Shown here: positions 60,393 to 64,000 of the stretch, piece by piece
Layout: each line of letters opens with the position of its first letter
Position numbering within the stretch: the stretch's first letter is position 1
From: an uncultured delta proteobacterium
GTDB taxonomy: Bacteria; Desulfobacterota; Binatia; Binatales; Binataceae
Assembly (NCBI GenBank): GCA_963794325.1
Contig: CAWCDG010000005.1
Coordinates: forward strand, 363,517-427,516
DNA length: 64,000 bases
Direction of reading: 5' to 3'
The notes under the pieces: generated by a model
Database searches by the model: none
What the model saw: only the letters and a program-made list of their open reading frames with translations
Told to the model about the DNA's origin: nothing
Translations under genes and position numbers: made by a program

Positions 60393-61159
60393 CGTTTCTG
60401 GTTGGGCAGTGAAAACGTCCCTGCGACGATTGGTACGTCGAACGCGATATCTTCGTAGTCAATAGTCGTGTGCGCACCTGCCTTGTCGGCAGTTTGCATG
60501 ACCAGGCGGGTCGGAATGACCTTACCGCTTTTTGTCTTGTACTCTGAGAACGTGAGCTCCCGAGCCAGCTTCCCGTCCTCGCCATAGTAACCCTGCCAGG
60601 TGGGGACCGAGTCCGCCTGCCTGAACTGCAGAACGATCTTCCCCCACACGACCGCCGCATCCGGCTTTGGGGTCAAGGTGTATTCGATCACCGCAACCCC
60701 GCCACGCTGACCTTCAAAGGAGGTGCCGATAGTGTAATCGCGCGTGAGGAAAGGCTCTTTGACGAGATCATCGATTGTGAAGTCGCTCCCCATCCACGAC
60801 GTCATCGCCATGGACGAGGGGATTTTGACCGTTCGGTTCGATTTCGGCAGGTAGTACCTGATGTTGCTGCCTTCTTTCAGGATGGCGGTGCCCGCTTCAT
60901 CTTGAGGACTGGTAATGCGTACCAGGACCTTGTCGCCGAGCGACCAGATCTTCATCGATAGGTCACGTTGTCCGTCTTCATTCGAGATCTGCATCTTCAC
61001 CGTAGCGATACTGGACTTGCTGCTGAAAAGACTGGCTATCCGTTCCACAGCCTCTCGCGCCTTTTGATCGTCGGTCGCACGAGCCGTGTGAGCGAGGCTT
61101 AAAAATGCCAGACCTAGAACTAAAGCTGCGCTTGTCTTCTGCCAATGCGTAAAAGTCAT
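60389..61159 (-). CDS. Outer-membrane lipoprotein-sorting (LolA-like) protein
   Basis: Signal peptide, GTAILK, SWMGSDFTIDDL, AAVVWGKI, IPTRLVM; ATGA overlap with the permease. Confidence 0.88.
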   Translation of the reverse strand: MTFTHWQKTSAALVLGLAFLSLAHTARATDDQKAREAVERIASLFSSKSSIATVKMQISNEDGQRDLSMKIWSLGDKVLVRITSPQDEAGTAILKEGSNIRYYLPKSNRTVKIPSSMAMTSWMGSDFTIDDLVKEPFLTRDYTIGTSFEGQRGGVAVIEYTLTPKPDAAVVWGKIVLQFRQADSVPTWQGYYGEDGKLARELTFSEYKTKSGKVIPTRLVMQTADKAGAHTTIDYEDIAFDVPIVAGTFSLPNQKR

Positions 61160-61163
61160 TGCA

Positions 61164-62270
61164 CTAACCAATCCTGCACTTAGGCATAAATTCGCTTTCG
61201 ACCTCAACCGCTTCTTCCGCGAGCGGCGCTCTCATAGCCAGTCCCATAGGTATTCGCACGATGAAATTGAAAACAGTTACAGCCAGCGACAACGCAAACA
61301 GGGCATCCTTGGAGGCAAATCGGGCGAAGGCCACCGTGAAGACCAGCTGAGTGGTTCCGACTCCACCCGGTGAGAGGGCCGAATTCCCGATCGCCACGAT
61401 GAACGGCGTCAACGCTAGTGTCTGAGCTAACGATATTCGGATATGAAAGCTGACGAACTGACCATAGAGCGCAAAGCCAGCGCCCAGGACGATTAGAAGC
61501 CTGATGCCGAGAAGTTTGAAATATTGTGACGGCCGCGCGAGGCGGAAGCTCTCCATCGAAGGTCGTTCGTAGATCCATCGAAGCCAATTGCCGACGCGGA
61601 GCCGCTCGCCCCATAGAAGAAAAAACGAAGCGATAAGACAGCCGGCGCCGAGTGCGCCCGCCGCGTATCCGAGACCCAGCCTAATCGGCGAGGTCGGGAC
61701 GAGAACCATCGCGATGAGCGCCAATGCGGCCAGCAGCATCGCGTCGAGGTAAGCCTGGAACAGCAGGGTGCATCCGGCCATTAGCCATGGCACGCGCTTG
61801 CGCGCGTGCAGAAAAAGCACAAACGCGCCACTGGCGACGTAGGAGTTCACAATCTGAAGGAAATAGACAGCGGCCATAGTCGGCAACAGTTCGGTCACGC
61901 CGGTCGTGCCGTGAAAGTCACTGAACAAGCGGGAATACAAGACTGACTCGCCGATAAACCAGAATAGAAAGCCGCCCAGACTGGCAAGCATAAAGATCCA
62001 GAGCGTGGCGTGGCTGGTGGCATCGACCACTTGCGTCAATGAGACGCCGCGTGCGGCATAGCATACGATCGCGGCTGCGATCGCATAGGCCACGAGGTTT
62101 TGCGCCAGGGTTTTATGCGTTGCGCCGCTTCGGATCTTCGAAGCGATTCGGGGCGACCAGCTGGGCGTCCCGGTTGGTTGCTCTGCCGCCGCGTTAACGA
62201 GAGGCGAGGCAGCGTCTTTTCTTAGAGATACTCGCAAGGCATGTTTCAGGAAGCGTCGATAGTCGTCCAA
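61164..62270 (-). CDS. Lysylphosphatidylglycerol-synthase TM / flippase-like membrane protein (start uncertain)
   Basis: About 8 TM helices with the SPGGVGTTQ motif. Confidence 0.7.
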   Translation of the reverse strand: MDDYRRFLKHALRVSLRKDAASPLVNAAAEQPTGTPSWSPRIASKIRSGATHKTLAQNLVAYAIAAAIVCYAARGVSLTQVVDATSHATLWIFMLASLGGFLFWFIGESVLYSRLFSDFHGTTGVTELLPTMAAVYFLQIVNSYVASGAFVLFLHARKRVPWLMAGCTLLFQAYLDAMLLAALALIAMVLVPTSPIRLGLGYAAGALGAGCLIASFFLLWGERLRVGNWLRWIYERPSMESFRLARPSQYFKLLGIRLLIVLGAGFALYGQFVSFHIRISLAQTLALTPFIVAIGNSALSPGGVGTTQLVFTVAFARFASKDALFALSLAVTVFNFIVRIPMGLAMRAPLAEEAVEVESEFMPKCRIG

Positions 62271-62289
62271 TAGCGATCATGTAATAAGT

Positions 62290-62335
62290 GCGGCAGCCCC
62301 GCACGACGCTAATTTACGTCGCACGGGTCTGCCGC
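62290..62335 (-). terminator. Long imperfect hairpin downstream of 62355-62702
   Basis: GCGGCAG-CCC..GACG / CGTC..GGG-CTGCCGC stem; only a weak U tail. Confidence 0.5.
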
Positions 62336-62354
62336 TCCTTAGGCGAAGAACCTT

Positions 62355-62702
62355 CTAGTAGTTGCTGCTAGTACTCGAGGAATGCTCATGCTCGCTGGAG
62401 TCGCCATTGGGCGAGCTGTCGCTCGACGACGACGCGTGGTGTTCGCTGGTTGTGGTCGGCGCTTCGGCTACCGGAGGTGGCGCAACCACCACCGCAGGTT
62501 CCGCAACCACTACCGGAGGAGCAGGTGCAACCACTACTGGGGCCGAATAAACGACGGCGGGTGGTGCGGGCGCCACACTAGTGGTCTCGCTTGACGAGCT
62601 CGAGGTGTCAGTAGTTTCGGCGAATCCCACAGCCACGCTGCCAAACAGGGCTGCTGCGCTGAGAGCGATAGTCGCCGTTTTCAATAAAGTTTTCATAATC
62701 AT
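62355..62702 (-). CDS. Small secreted Ser/Thr/Pro/Val-rich low-complexity protein
   Basis: GGAG RBS, signal peptide MKTLLKTATIALSAAALFGSVAVGFA, APAPPxVV repeats. Confidence 0.75.
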   Translation of the reverse strand: MIMKTLLKTATIALSAAALFGSVAVGFAETTDTSSSSSETTSVAPAPPAVVYSAPVVVAPAPPVVVAEPAVVVAPPPVAEAPTTTSEHHASSSSDSSPNGDSSEHEHSSSTSSNY

Positions 62703-62862
62703 GTCTCCTATGGGTCTTCAGTTGACGGGCTTTGATTCAGACTAAGATTGCATTGACGTTCGCCGCAAGGACCGTCGATGTATTGACTGCAGTTTGAGTG
62801 CTTCGGAGAACTCCAAGGGCGATTAGTGCGTGCGGGGCTATCAAAAAGACGATGATTGAAGA

Positions 62863-63756
62863 TCAGGCCATCAGACCCGCTGCACGCCACTTCGGAGCGA
62901 CTTTTTCATCGACGACATCGATTTCGGTCAGGAATTCGACCAGTTCCTTCGACATCTCGCGTCGGATACGTGCCCGACGCGGGTTGTTCCTTGCTATCTC
63001 AAGGGTTTCAGCAGGCAAGCCAAGATTCTTGTAAATGTCCGGATGTACCAATTGCCAGATTATGATCCTGGTCGCGAGCAACCCGTAACGCTGGGCCATC
63101 GAGCGCCGGAACTTTCCGATCCGCGGCCAGTTCTGCTTGAGATATTGATGCGCATAACCGCGATGCCGCGCTTCCTCGAGCATGTGAATCTTCGACAACT
63201 CGCGCATCACAGGATGGCACTCTGGATCCTGAGCGGTCCGGCTATTGAGGTACCCGGTGACGTCCTCAGCGGCCAGCGTGCTAAGCATCATCGCAACTCT
63301 CGAGGTCAGATACTTGCTGAAAAACGCAATAAGACTCGAGAGGCGCGGCTCGTACCACGGAACGCCGCAGCGCTTGATCGCTTCGCCGAACATCATGGAA
63401 TGACGGCATTCGTCGGCTACTTCTATCTGCATCCAGTAGAAGTGGGGGTCGAGCGGGCTAACATTGATCAGGTAGTCCATAAGCTTGAAGGAGAGCTGAT
63501 TCTCAAACCAGATCGTGGTAGCCAATGCGCTGCATGCCTCGTGCATCGAGAGCTTTATCCTTTGCTCGCGTGTCATTTGGTCCCACAGCTTCGTCCCGTA
63601 CAACGAAACCATGTCCTGCGGCATGTAGAAGTATGAGTAGTCGAAAGGAACGCTCCAATCGATTTCCTTGTAGGGATCGAAAGACTTCCGATGCGCCGCA
63701 TCGATGATGTGCTGCAGATACTGTCCGCTGATCTCTTCGCGAAACATGGCGCTCAA
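62863..63756 (-). CDS. AurF-like diiron oxygenase
   Basis: SFDPYKEIDW, SLYGT, IWFEN, ADECRHSMMF, AAEDV, LEEARH. Confidence 0.88.
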   Translation of the reverse strand: MSAMFREEISGQYLQHIIDAAHRKSFDPYKEIDWSVPFDYSYFYMPQDMVSLYGTKLWDQMTREQRIKLSMHEACSALATTIWFENQLSFKLMDYLINVSPLDPHFYWMQIEVADECRHSMMFGEAIKRCGVPWYEPRLSSLIAFFSKYLTSRVAMMLSTLAAEDVTGYLNSRTAQDPECHPVMRELSKIHMLEEARHRGYAHQYLKQNWPRIGKFRRSMAQRYGLLATRIIIWQLVHPDIYKNLGLPAETLEIARNNPRRARIRREMSKELVEFLTEIDVVDEKVAPKWRAAGLMA

Positions 63757-63974
63757 CTTCCCGAAACGCTTCGATGCGTCGCGAAAAGCTCTCCGAGGCC
63801 TTCAACGGAACGAAAAAGGGTCTGATCTGGCGAAGTCGTGGCTAAAGGCGAATAAAAGGACCACGGTCGGGCCGGATCAAATTCGGACTCAAAGACGGTA
63901 TTGAATCCAACAAACCGATTATAACCATGATACTAACGGCGGTCGGCCGGTTGACTGAAATCTACGACGCTTTG

Positions 63975-63988
63975 GTTATATGAGTAAC
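63975..63988. promoter_or_regulatory. Palindrome GTTATATGAGTAAC, candidate Crp-family site
   Basis: GTTA-N6-TAAC upstream of the second diiron oxygenase. Confidence 0.4.
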
Positions 63989-64000
63989 GTTAGTTGCTTG

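Noticed and set aside
62355-62702. RiPP precursor
   Set aside because: Has a Sec signal peptide and no RiPP maturase nearby.

Overview
GC-rich bacterial chromosomal window; gene style suggests a soil lineage such as Candidatus Binatia (inference only). Three blocks. (1) 1-11190: an uncharacterised envelope-spanning redox locus. It holds a lipoprotein multiheme cytochrome that runs off the left edge and is missing from the ORF track, an outer-membrane beta-barrel, a double GlcG/HbpS heme-binding protein and a tetraheme cytochrome. It also holds an operon of a cNMP-cNMP-4x[4Fe-4S] protein, a four-His membrane protein and an apparent nonaheme cytochrome-TM-flavoprotein fusion split by a frameshift. 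(2) 11.2-36.8 kb: metabolic and accessory genes (hisN, pncA, S1P-lyase-like plus FGGY kinase, an AraC-linked SDR/SnoaL cassette with a tandem duplication, a TPP enzyme whose 3' end is repeated beyond a Crp gene, three atypical Crp/Fnr regulators, hydrolases). (3) 37.7-63.8 kb: a FAAL-PKS-NRPS lipo-dipeptide cluster with MbtH, TEII, PPTase, two AurF-like diiron oxygenases and a LolA/LolCDE-like exporter plus a lysyl-PG-synthase-like membrane protein. A 14-bp GT-N10-AC palindrome recurs upstream of the Crp genes and of cluster genes. Many single-base frameshifts, mostly at 54.2-56.6 kb, look like sequencing errors. No rRNA, tRNA, CRISPR array or transposase was recognised. All family calls are by eye; no searches were run.
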